Below, piece after piece: positions 13,903 through 22,774 of a DNA stretch of 64,000 nt. The translations under genes were made by a program, and so were the position numbers. A model generated the notes under the pieces. That model saw only the letters and a program-made list of their open reading frames with translations, did not search any database and was not told the DNA's origin. Origin of the DNA: Candidatus Woesearchaeota archaeon (lineage in GTDB: Archaea; Nanobdellota; Nanobdellia; UBA10117; ARS21); assembly GCA_038128845.1 (NCBI GenBank), contig JAYPKL010000001.1, forward strand, positions 113,605-177,604. The letters are read 5' to 3'. The first letter of the stretch is position 1. Every line of letters starts with the position of its first letter.

Positions 13903-14640
13903 ATGTGTTATATGAAAAAATTCACATTATTATTTTTATTGCCCTTTTTACTAGTTTCAGTATTTGCAACAAATCACACAATTAACGAAACAATTAACGA
14001 AACAATTAACGAAACAATTAACGAAACAATTAACGAAACAACAGAAGATGACCCAGGAATTACTCCAGATTCATTTTTATGGGGAATCGAACTTGCACTT
14101 GAAAGAATACAACTTGCGTTTACATTTAATGAAGAAAGAAAGGCAGAATTAGCTTTAGAACATGCAACAGAAAGATTATTAGAAGTTCAACAAATGATTA
14201 ATGAAAATAATTTTGATGATGCAGAAAAAGCCCAAATAAGATATAATGATAAAGTATCATCATTAAATTTAGAATTTGAAGGTGCAAGTTCTGAATTTTT
14301 AGATTCAATTTATGAAGAATTTGAATTCAAATCCACCAATATACAAGATAAAATTAGAATTAAAATTGATTCAGAAGATCTTGATGAAGACAACAGAGTA
14401 AGAGCTAAAACAATTATAGAAACTATTGAAGGAGATAAATTAATCAAGATTAAAATTAAAGAAATAGCTGACGAAATTAACATACAAATTAAAGAAAAAT
14501 CATTAAGCGAAGATGATGATCTTCTAGATGATGACGATGACGACAAAAGAAAAGGAAAATCAGAAAAAGACGATGACGATGACAGAAAAGGAAAATCAGA
14601 AAAAGATGACGATGATGATGACGAAGCTTCTGATGACTAA
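13903..14640 (+). CDS. secreted acidic low-complexity protein with (ETIN)x5 repeat and poly-Asp C-terminal repeats
   Basis: Signal peptide MKKFTLLFLLPFLLVSVFA. INETINETINET... . C-terminal DDDDDKRKGKSEKDDDDD x2. Confidence 0.5.
   Translation: MCYMKKFTLLFLLPFLLVSVFATNHTINETINETINETINETINETTEDDPGITPDSFLWGIELALERIQLAFTFNEERKAELALEHATERLLEVQQMINENNFDDAEKAQIRYNDKVSSLNLEFEGASSEFLDSIYEEFEFKSTNIQDKIRIKIDSEDLDEDNRVRAKTIIETIEGDKLIKIKIKEIADEINIQIKEKSLSEDDDLLDDDDDDKRKGKSEKDDDDDRKGKSEKDDDDDDEASDD
13978..14037 (+). repeat. perfect tandem repeat, 12 nt x5 (ACAATTAACGAA), in frame within the CDS
   Basis: Directly visible in sequence. Encodes TINE x5. Confidence 0.9.
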
Positions 14641-14674
14641 ATAGTTTTTTAAATTATTATTAAAACATCTCAAT

Positions 14675-14830
14675 ATGGCAAAACAAAAGAAAGTAAAGCT
14701 ACCTTCTTCACAAGGAGGAATCGTTAGCTATTCAGATAGTGATTTTTCATATATTAATATTAAACCAACAACTGTTATGGCATTTGTTGTTGTAATTACA
14801 ATTTTAGCTATCGTAGTGAGACTTTTATGA
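14675..14830 (+). CDS. secG: preprotein translocase subunit Sec61-beta (archaeal SecG)
   Basis: 51-aa ORF below the ORF-track cutoff: MAKQKKVKLPSSQGGIVSYSDSDFSYINIKPTTVMAFVVVITILAIVVRLL. Matches the archaeal Sec61beta pattern (P.SS.GL.RY.D......I.P..V + C-terminal TM). Stop overlaps the xth start (ATGA). Confidence 0.6.
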   Translation: MAKQKKVKLPSSQGGIVSYSDSDFSYINIKPTTVMAFVVVITILAIVVRLL

Positions 14831-15582
14831 AAATAATTTCATGGAATGTTAACGGAATCAGAGCCGTAATGACAAAAGGTTTTCCTGATTTTGTAAAGAA
14901 ATATAATCCAGATATCTTATGTCTTCAAGAGACAAAAGCACATCCGGATCAAGTAGATGAATTATTACATGACTATGAGCATCATTTTTGGAATTCAGCC
15001 GATAAAAAAGGATATTCTGGTACTGCCATATTCTCAAAAATTAAACCTTTAAATGTTAGTTATGGCGGTGGCATTGATGTTGGAGATACCGAAGGTAGAA
15101 TTGTAACTGCAGAGTTTGATGAATTCTTTTTAGTAAATGTTTACACTCCTAATGCAAAACGAGGATTAGCAAGATTAGATTACAGACAAGAATGGGACAA
15201 ATTATTTTATGCGTATCTTAAAGAATTAGAAAAATCTAAACCGGTTATAACTTGCGGAGATTTAAATGTAGCTCATACTGAAATTGATTTAGCAAGACCA
15301 AAAAATAATACTAAAAATGCAGGATTCACACAAGAAGAAAGATCAGGTTTTCAAAGATATTTGGACGGCGGATTTTTAGACACTTTTAGAATGTTTAATC
15401 AAGATCCTGAAAACTATACTTGGTGGAGTTATATGTTTAATGCTAGAGCAAAAAATCTTGGTTGGAGAATTGATTATTTCTTAGCATCAGAAAAATTAAA
15501 GAATAATATTATTTCTGCAGAAATCTTAAACGAAGTTATGGGTTCAGATCATTGCCCGGTAACTTTAAACCTTAAATTCTAA
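14827..15582 (+). CDS. xth: exodeoxyribonuclease III / AP endonuclease
   Basis: MKIISWNVNGIRA...LCLQETK..., catalytic SDHCPV at C-terminus. 251 aa. Confidence 0.85.
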   Translation: MKIISWNVNGIRAVMTKGFPDFVKKYNPDILCLQETKAHPDQVDELLHDYEHHFWNSADKKGYSGTAIFSKIKPLNVSYGGGIDVGDTEGRIVTAEFDEFFLVNVYTPNAKRGLARLDYRQEWDKLFYAYLKELEKSKPVITCGDLNVAHTEIDLARPKNNTKNAGFTQEERSGFQRYLDGGFLDTFRMFNQDPENYTWWSYMFNARAKNLGWRIDYFLASEKLKNNIISAEILNEVMGSDHCPVTLNLKF

Positions 15583-15593
15583 ATACATATAAT

Positions 15594-15610
15594 TACATAT
15601 TTAATATGTA
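15594..15610. promoter_or_regulatory. inverted repeat TACATAT-TTA-ATATGTA upstream of RHH mini-gene (candidate operator)
   Basis: 7-bp perfect arms with a 3-nt spacer, 35 nt upstream of the RHH ORF start, in an A/T-rich promoter-like region. Confidence 0.3.
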
Positions 15611-15644
15611 GTTATATTTAAATATATGCAGTAGTTATTTCTAT

Positions 15645-15770
15645 ATGTCTAGACAACGCATATCGATAACTATCGATAAGAAGCTTTTGAATTGGGTTGA
15701 CAAGCAAGTCAAAGAAAAAAGATTTGCTAGCAGATCTCATGCATTGGAGTATTTATTAGCAAATGACTAA
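15645..15770 (+). CDS. ribbon-helix-helix (CopG/Arc-like) small DNA-binding protein, 41 aa
   Basis: MSRQRISITIDKKLLNWVDKQVKEKRFASRSHALEYLLAND: beta-strand ISITID + helix + SRSHALEYLL helix is the RHH signature. Its stop overlaps the giant-gene ATG (ATGACTAA). Not in the ORF track (<60 aa). Confidence 0.55.
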   Translation: MSRQRISITIDKKLLNWVDKQVKEKRFASRSHALEYLLAND

Positions 15771-18700
15771 GCCAAATTTTTTCCTAGGTAATTCTATTAT
15801 TGTTTTAGCTAGTTTGGTTGTTTTTATTTCTGCATTACTTTTACCATATAATCCTAATTTTGAAGGCTTCACACTAAGTGATCCTCAAGTATTAATTGAG
15901 AAATTTCCATCAAGCGTTTCACAAAGTGAAGTGCATGAGGCAGATAATAAAGTCGGTCTAACCGATTTTATTTCTGCTTTAAATTCAGGTTCTATTATTA
16001 CAGGTATGGCAGGAGGTTTACCAGGTCAATGTGCTTTAGTTAGCGAAGATCCTCAAGAAGTTGAGCAATTTTGTACTGGTTTTGTAGTACCTTTTTCAGT
16101 ATATAATGACGGTACATTCTGTTATCAAGATGCAAGGGATCCTGAAAATGCAGCTGCAAATGAATTTTATTGTAATAATGGAGAACCAAGTGCAATCGTC
16201 GGAGATTATATTGGACCGCCCTACGAACCACCACCTCCTTCTAATAATGCACCAACTTGGACACAAACAATAACTCATCCAACAGTTAATGAAGATTCAG
16301 GATCAACAATTGTTGACTCTGATTTAACTTCTAGCGGAAATGGTCAGTGTACGGATCCGGACGTCGGACAAACATTAATTTTTTCAGTTACATCAGAAAA
16401 TACTGCACAAGTTGATTGCGCAGTATCAGGTAATGCGTTAACAGTTACTCCCGCATCAAATTGGTTTGGTACAGCATCATGTACAATAACTTGTGATGAT
16501 GGAAATGGCGGAACTGCTGATGATACTCTGAGCATTACCGTAAACTCTGTGAATGATGCACCTGTTTTAACCGGAATTCCTGATCAAACACTAAGTCATA
16601 CTGCTTCATTAAATAATCTAATTGATCTTTATTCAAATCATAGCGATGTAGATGGTTCGGATGCTGCAACTACATTCACAATTAGTTCCGAAACAGATAC
16701 TTCGGTTGTAGATTGTTCTATTGATAGTGATAGATATGTTGATTGTACTTATGGAGATATGATCGGATCTTCAGATTATTCAGATATAACGATTACTGCC
16801 ACTGATGCAGGAAGCTTGACTGATACAGATACATTCAGAGTTACATTAACAAATATAGAACCAACAACAACAACTCCAACAATTTCACCAAGTTCTCCTT
16901 CTTCTGACGATGATTTAACAGGTTCAAGTTCATTAAGTGATTCGGACGGAGATTCTGTGAATTCAATTTTTGATTGGAGATTTTCCGGAACTTCATTTGC
17001 ATCATTAAATTTACCATTTGATACAAATCCTTCCAGTTCTACACTTAATGATTATACTAGTTACAATAATGATTTCACAAAAAATGGTGCCACATGGCAA
17101 AATAGCGCAACATGTGGACTAACTGGTTCAGGCGGATGTATGGAATTTGACGGTACAAACGACAGACTAACTAGAGCAGATGATTCAGATTTTGATAGCT
17201 TAACTGCATTATCTGTATGTGCATGGGTTTACCCTCACAGCTGGGGCGGAGCAACTGCTGCAGATTATATTTTTGATAAGAGACATGGTTCAAGTCCTTG
17301 GAATTCCGTGGCACTTTTTTTTCACGGAACAGGAGATAAATTAAGATTGGATTTGGGAGCAATAGACGGTACAAATTATGTTTTAGATTATGATTATCCT
17401 TCGGGAGATTTTCCAACAGGAAGTTGGCAATTTGTGTGTGGTACTTGGGATAGCACAAGTACAAATATGACAATATATTATAACGGTGCTAAAGCGAATT
17501 CAACAGGTACTACCTACGGCGGTACATTATTGGATGCAAACGATAAAGCAGTCATAGGAGTATTAGGAGATGAATTTCAGCACTGGTTTGACGGATATAT
17601 GGATAATATTCAATTTTATAACAAAGCCTTATCTTCACAACAAATTTCATCAATGTACGGTTCAGGAACTCCAAATTATGCAGTTTTAGTTTCAGAAGAA
17701 ACAAATGAGGCGGACTCAATAACTGTTACAATTACACCAAGTGATGCAATTGAAGACGGAACTTCTTCAACATCTTCTGCTTCAGTGGTTGCATCAAACT
17801 CTGCTCCAGTTGCTGCCGGTGCTTCACTTGCCGTTGATGAAGACACAACTCTTTCCGATACATTGACTGCAACAGATGCGGAGGGAGATCCATTAACTTT
17901 TTCCATAGTTTCACAAGCATCAAACGGAGTCGCTACAATTACAAACTCTGCAACTGGAGCTTTCAACTATGTTCCGGGCGCAAATTATACTGGAACAGAT
18001 TCATTTACTTTCAAAGCAAATGATGGAACAGCTGATTCGAATATTGAAACAATAAATATTTTAGTAAACCCTGTGAATGATGAACCAGTTTTAACTTCAA
18101 AATTATTATCAATTACTGGAAGTTCTCCATATTACACAACTGAATCTTTTACAGCATCTGCAACAGCATCTGATGTTGATGGAGACACATTAACATTCAT
18201 GTACGATTATAGATTTGATGGAAATTCAGACAGAGTTCTTCATTTATCTTTTGATACAAATACTTCCGAAAATTCAACCGATTATACTTCTTATTCAAAT
18301 GACGCAATAATAAATACGTCCGGAGCATATGATTCAAATGTTCATCCTGTTTGGACTTCTTCCGGAATCAAAGGAGGAGCATATGATTTTACAAATGTAG
18401 ACGATCATGATGCAGCTCATTCAAGTACAAATACTTTGAGAATTCCTTGGGATGAAAGTACATATGACTTAACTCAAGATCTATCTATTTGTTGGTGGAT
18501 GTATCCAACAAATATTGATCCTACCGGATCTACACAAGATAGACAAAACCCAATTTCAAAACATTATAGAGCAGAATTTCAATTCACGCTAGAGACCGAT
18601 GCAAGATTGAATTATTATCATGGTAATTCAAATCCAAATGGTACCACTTCAATTTATAGTTCTCACAGATTACTAAATGTTGGAGCAGTCACAGAAAATG

Positions 18701-21426
18701 ATTGGAATTTTGTTTGTATGGTCAGAGATGATTCCAACAAATGGGTATCCGGATTTTTAGACGGATCATTAAATAGAAATGAAACATATGATTTAATTGA
18801 TACTAATGACCCTTCCTTAGGTTATAGAGAACCAAATTCAGGAGCGGGAAATACATATTATGAAGATATATTAATTGGAGATGGTTATTCAAATCCGTTT
18901 ATCGGAAAAATTGATGAAGTAATGATTTGGAACAAAAAAATATCTGCAGAATATATTTTGTCAATGTATAATTCCGGAACTCCAGATTATTCAGTTTTAG
19001 TTTCACAAGAAACAAGAAAAGGAAATTATAATGTTAGCGTTACGCCTAGCGACGGAACAATTGACGGATCTTCAGGAATTACAAATACAATTGAAATTGT
19101 TAATTTGGCACCAACTTCCAGCACACCTGTTCTTCTTGCTTCAGATGATCCAGATAATAAAACAACAGCAGATTTAAGCGTAACAAACAATTTAGTAGAA
19201 CAAGATCCAGAAGATACTGAAACAAGAAGTTTCACAGAATGGTTTGTTGATTCCATTTCAACTTTAGAATTCTTTTACACTTTTTTCTTTAACTCAACTA
19301 CTGCCGAAGATTTGTCCAGTAATTCTGCAAATGGTACTTTATCCGATATAAATATGTATTACGGAACAGGCATACTTGATGGTGCAATTAATTTTGAACA
19401 AAATTCACAATATTATGTAGATTTAACTGCAAATAATTTTGATTTAACTAATGGAAAAACCCTTACTTTTTGGTATAAGTTAGCAGATAGTACAACAGTG
19501 AGTACGGGCTGTTATGCACCAAGTAGTTCTCAAGAAAGTTGTTATGGTATTTTTTCCAGCGGATCGAGTGGATCTTGGGACAATTATTTGAATTTACGTG
19601 TAGTTGGAACAAATCAAGCAGATATTCAATATGAATTACACGATGGTTCAAGCTTTGGAACACCAGGTTTTGACACAGACAGCACTTCATGGCACATGAT
19701 TGCACTTTCAATTGAATCAGGAAGTTTAAATTTATACCATGACGGACTTGTAATTGGCTCAGCACCTTTCGAAGAAGGTAAAAGAATAGACTTAAGCTAT
19801 TTAGGTATGGGATATGGAGGAGCAGATGATCCTCCTGCAAATGGTCAATTCTACGGACAATTAGACGAAGTTTCATTATTCACAAGAGCTCTACAGGGAG
19901 AACAAATTTTGGCAATTTATAATTCAGGTACTCCGTCTTATGACGAAATTGTTGCAGAAGAAACATTAAAAGGAGAAGATTGGAGCGTAGAAATAACGCC
20001 TATTGATAGAGAAGATTCAGGATCAACTGTGACCTCCAATACCGTTACTATTGAAAACACTGCACCAACAACTCCTTCAGGTTCTACATTATCGCCTTCT
20101 ACATTAAAAGTTGGAAATACATTAACAGCAACAGGAGCAGGATCAACTGACGCAGACGGAGATAGCTTAACATATTATTATGAATTTAGAAGTAATTCGG
20201 CTTCAGGAACAATACTACAAGCTTATTCAACAACCAATACTTACACAGTAGCTCAAAGTGATTCAGGAACTACAATTTATGTGAATATTAAAGCAAATGA
20301 CGCCACTGATGACTCATCTGCTGAAACTGTTTCAAAGGCAGTTTCAAATACTGCACCAACAATCGCCGGAACAGATATTACAATAAACGGTCAAGAAGAT
20401 ACAGATTTAATTTTTGGAACTGTTAATTTCACAACAAGTGCATCTTACAGTGATGCAGACGGAGATGCATTTGCAGGAATAAGAATTACGAGTGCGCCAA
20501 CAAATGGAGATTTATTTAATGGGGCAACTCAATTAACCGGTACAGGTTTACAATGTAATACGATTGTTTTGGGAGGATGTTCGGCTTATAATTTATTTGT
20601 ATCTTCATCAGATATTGCTTCAGGGAATTTTAAATTTGTACCTGACCCAAATGTTAACGGTAATACTGTTGCTGCATTCGGTTTCAATGTATATGATGGA
20701 ACAGAATATTCTTCCGGAGTTGGAACTTCAATTGTGATTAATTTAGGATCAGTTAATGATGCTCCAGTTGCTGTAGATGATGAATACTCTCTAGACTCAG
20801 GTAATACTTTAACAGTTTCAGCATCAGGCGTACTTACAAATGACTCTGATGTTGACGGAAATTCATTAACAACTGTTTTAGGAGTACCTCCTTCAGGAGC
20901 TTCAAGTTTTACACTTAACTCCGATGGAAGTTTCACATATGTTTCAGATCCAACATACTCTGGAGCCACAGATAGTTTCACGTATAGAGCAAATGACGGT
21001 TCTCTTAATTCGAATGTGGCAAATGTTACGATAAATCTTGCTAAAACAATTTCAATTGCACTTTCAAATTCACTTTCTACTGCTTTGACATTTAGTGCTT
21101 CACAAGCAAATGCCCAATTCAGCGGATCGGGTAATGACGATTATCATGTTAACTTAACTGCAAATGGAACAGCAGCAAATTTATCAATTAAAGCATCAGG
21201 TCCTTTATCTGACGGCGGATCAAACTCAATTGCATTATCAAATTTCAAATATAATTATACTGGATCATCAACTCCAGTAGCATTATCAACTTCAGAAACA
21301 AATACAACTAAATCATTTGCAGGTGTCTTAAAACAAACATTCTTTGAATTTTTTATAGACGTCCCAGCTAGCCAATCTGCAGGAACTTATACAAATACCA
21401 TTACATTTAGAGGTGAAACCTTGTAA
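15763..21426 (+). CDS. giant cell-surface protein (1887 aa): N-terminal signal anchor, three LamG/concanavalin-A-like modules, cadherin-like/VCBS-type repeats
   Basis: N-terminal TM (IIVLASLVVFISALLL). Three ~450-aa paralogous modules each ending in the Laminin_G_3 hallmark (MDNIQFYNKALSSQQISSMYGSGTPNY; IDEVMIWNKKISAEYILSMYNSGTPDY; LDEVSLFTRALQGEQILAIYNSGTPSY). Repeated VNDAPV/VNDEPV and DAPVAVDD...TNDSDVDGNSL motifs (cadherin-like/VCBS adhesin repeats). Thr/Ser/Asp-rich. Confidence 0.8.
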   Translation: MTKPNFFLGNSIIVLASLVVFISALLLPYNPNFEGFTLSDPQVLIEKFPSSVSQSEVHEADNKVGLTDFISALNSGSIITGMAGGLPGQCALVSEDPQEVEQFCTGFVVPFSVYNDGTFCYQDARDPENAAANEFYCNNGEPSAIVGDYIGPPYEPPPPSNNAPTWTQTITHPTVNEDSGSTIVDSDLTSSGNGQCTDPDVGQTLIFSVTSENTAQVDCAVSGNALTVTPASNWFGTASCTITCDDGNGGTADDTLSITVNSVNDAPVLTGIPDQTLSHTASLNNLIDLYSNHSDVDGSDAATTFTISSETDTSVVDCSIDSDRYVDCTYGDMIGSSDYSDITITATDAGSLTDTDTFRVTLTNIEPTTTTPTISPSSPSSDDDLTGSSSLSDSDGDSVNSIFDWRFSGTSFASLNLPFDTNPSSSTLNDYTSYNNDFTKNGATWQNSATCGLTGSGGCMEFDGTNDRLTRADDSDFDSLTALSVCAWVYPHSWGGATAADYIFDKRHGSSPWNSVALFFHGTGDKLRLDLGAIDGTNYVLDYDYPSGDFPTGSWQFVCGTWDSTSTNMTIYYNGAKANSTGTTYGGTLLDANDKAVIGVLGDEFQHWFDGYMDNIQFYNKALSSQQISSMYGSGTPNYAVLVSEETNEADSITVTITPSDAIEDGTSSTSSASVVASNSAPVAAGASLAVDEDTTLSDTLTATDAEGDPLTFSIVSQASNGVATITNSATGAFNYVPGANYTGTDSFTFKANDGTADSNIETINILVNPVNDEPVLTSKLLSITGSSPYYTTESFTASATASDVDGDTLTFMYDYRFDGNSDRVLHLSFDTNTSENSTDYTSYSNDAIINTSGAYDSNVHPVWTSSGIKGGAYDFTNVDDHDAAHSSTNTLRIPWDESTYDLTQDLSICWWMYPTNIDPTGSTQDRQNPISKHYRAEFQFTLETDARLNYYHGNSNPNGTTSIYSSHRLLNVGAVTENDWNFVCMVRDDSNKWVSGFLDGSLNRNETYDLIDTNDPSLGYREPNSGAGNTYYEDILIGDGYSNPFIGKIDEVMIWNKKISAEYILSMYNSGTPDYSVLVSQETRKGNYNVSVTPSDGTIDGSSGITNTIEIVNLAPTSSTPVLLASDDPDNKTTADLSVTNNLVEQDPEDTETRSFTEWFVDSISTLEFFYTFFFNSTTAEDLSSNSANGTLSDINMYYGTGILDGAINFEQNSQYYVDLTANNFDLTNGKTLTFWYKLADSTTVSTGCYAPSSSQESCYGIFSSGSSGSWDNYLNLRVVGTNQADIQYELHDGSSFGTPGFDTDSTSWHMIALSIESGSLNLYHDGLVIGSAPFEEGKRIDLSYLGMGYGGADDPPANGQFYGQLDEVSLFTRALQGEQILAIYNSGTPSYDEIVAEETLKGEDWSVEITPIDREDSGSTVTSNTVTIENTAPTTPSGSTLSPSTLKVGNTLTATGAGSTDADGDSLTYYYEFRSNSASGTILQAYSTTNTYTVAQSDSGTTIYVNIKANDATDDSSAETVSKAVSNTAPTIAGTDITINGQEDTDLIFGTVNFTTSASYSDADGDAFAGIRITSAPTNGDLFNGATQLTGTGLQCNTIVLGGCSAYNLFVSSSDIASGNFKFVPDPNVNGNTVAAFGFNVYDGTEYSSGVGTSIVINLGSVNDAPVAVDDEYSLDSGNTLTVSASGVLTNDSDVDGNSLTTVLGVPPSGASSFTLNSDGSFTYVSDPTYSGATDSFTYRANDGSLNSNVANVTINLAKTISIALSNSLSTALTFSASQANAQFSGSGNDDYHVNLTANGTAANLSIKASGPLSDGGSNSIALSNFKYNYTGSSTPVALSTSETNTTKSFAGVLKQTFFEFFIDVPASQSAGTYTNTITFRGETL

Positions 21427-21575
21427 TGAAATCCGTAATTACAATTTCTATAGACAAAGACTTACTAAAACGAATAGATGAAGGAATTAAAGATTATAAA
21501 TTCGCTAATAGATCGCATGGTTTTGAATACTTAATTTCTAGAGAAATATTGAAAAAGAAGGAGAGTAAAAATTAA
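21426..21575 (+). CDS. ribbon-helix-helix small protein, 49 aa, paralog of the upstream RHH
   Basis: MKSVITISIDKDLLKRIDEGIKDYKFANRSHGFEYLISREILKKKESKN. Same ISI.IDK.LL..(V/I)D......FA.RSH..EYL pattern as the 15645 ORF. Its ATG shares the A of the giant-gene TAA. The next gene starts 2 nt after its stop. Confidence 0.5.
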   Translation: MKSVITISIDKDLLKRIDEGIKDYKFANRSHGFEYLISREILKKKESKN

Positions 21576-21576
21576 T

Positions 21577-22212
21577 ATGAAAAAATTAAGTTTACTATTA
21601 ATTTTATTCTTAATTCCCTCAGGCTTTGCAGTATCTGGAGCAGGATTAAAATATAATTTTGAATATGTTGAACTTTTAGAAAAAGCAGAGCATTGTTTGA
21701 ATTATGGAGTTTACAATCCTTACGATTCAGATTCTTTAATTTCATTATCTGCAGAAGGAGATTTTCAAGACTATGTAATTGAAAGTGAACCAACAAATGT
21801 TCCTGCAAATACAAATGCAAATAATGAATTAAGAAAAGATATTTGTTTTAAAATTCCAAAAATAGTTGAGTCTTGTGAAGAAGGTAAAGTTCTTGAAGGT
21901 CAAATTATCGCTTCAACTTCACCAAGTACTGAAGGAATCGGAACTGCACTTGCTGTTTCTGCACCGCTAGAGATGAAAGTTAATTGTAATGATTCGTCTC
22001 AAGTAAATTTAATTTATTTTGTAATTCCTTTTATAATTATTTCAACACTTGTTGGATTATTCCAATTTAGAAAAAATTCACGAACTAAAAAATATAATTC
22101 TCTTTATTCCGAACTTATGTTTCTTCATAAAAAAATAAGTTCAGGAAACTTTGATCAATCTCATGTTGATAGATTTAACAAATTACGTTCTATTTTGATT
22201 AATTTCAAATAA
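21577..22212 (+). CDS. secreted protein with C-terminal TM anchor and short cytoplasmic tail
   Basis: Signal peptide MKKLSLLLILFLIPSGFAVSGA. C-terminal helix LIYFVIPFIIISTLVGLFQF followed by basic residues. Confidence 0.45.
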   Translation: MKKLSLLLILFLIPSGFAVSGAGLKYNFEYVELLEKAEHCLNYGVYNPYDSDSLISLSAEGDFQDYVIESEPTNVPANTNANNELRKDICFKIPKIVESCEEGKVLEGQIIASTSPSTEGIGTALAVSAPLEMKVNCNDSSQVNLIYFVIPFIIISTLVGLFQFRKNSRTKKYNSLYSELMFLHKKISSGNFDQSHVDRFNKLRSILINFK

Positions 22213-22288
22213 TTTTTTTATGTATTTGTTAAGTATATTAACAATAAATTATATATACTAATTATTTGTTAATATTATTAACAATTGG

Positions 22289-22774
22289 GTGGATAGTTTG
22301 AAGAATAACTTGTCAGATAGACATATTTACGTATTTAGCACTAGAAACCTCTCTGCAACTGAACGTGTAAAATTTCATTATGCTCTCAGGGGAAGAAATA
22401 ATCCCGGTATTCTTGAACAAACAAACTCAAAATATTTATCCAAAACAATTATTGAAACATCTGAAAAAAATACAAAAACTATAGCTGAATTTCTAGAAAA
22501 TTGGAATTGTTCTTATAATCTTCTAAAATTATCCAAAGGTAAATCACATCTTCTTGTGAAGTATTCTACCACCCAATTGAATTCTACACAATTAGTACAA
22601 TTTACTTACGGACTTTATGGAAGAAGCAAACCAGGTTTGATAAAAAAAGATTCTAAAGAGAAACTTTCCAAAGGTTATTTTTTACTAAAAAAAGATAACA
22701 GCAAAGAAATTTTAGAATTTTTGAACCACTGGAATTGTGAATTATTAATTGAGGAGGTGGATTTAAATGAATAA
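22289..22774 (+). CDS. cytoplasmic protein built from two tandem copies of an uncharacterised ~70-aa domain
   Basis: Copy 1 HIYVFSTRNLSATERVKFHYALRGRNNPGIL...EFLENWNCSYNLLKL. Copy 2 HLLVKYSTTQLNSTQLVQFTYGLYGRSKPGLI...EFLNHWNCELLIEEV. No TM. Confidence 0.45.
   Translation: MDSLKNNLSDRHIYVFSTRNLSATERVKFHYALRGRNNPGILEQTNSKYLSKTIIETSEKNTKTIAEFLENWNCSYNLLKLSKGKSHLLVKYSTTQLNSTQLVQFTYGLYGRSKPGLIKKDSKEKLSKGYFLLKKDNSKEILEFLNHWNCELLIEEVDLNE

Noticed and set aside
16040-20981. Multiple antisense or out-of-frame ORFs within the giant gene (16040-16234, 16096-16278, 16344-16535, 16841-17026, 17171-17473, 17676-17966, 17732-17923, 19026-19256, 19463-19876, 20586-20981)
   Set aside because: All embedded in a long, internally consistent, repeat-structured sense ORF. 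Translations are low complexity with no motifs.
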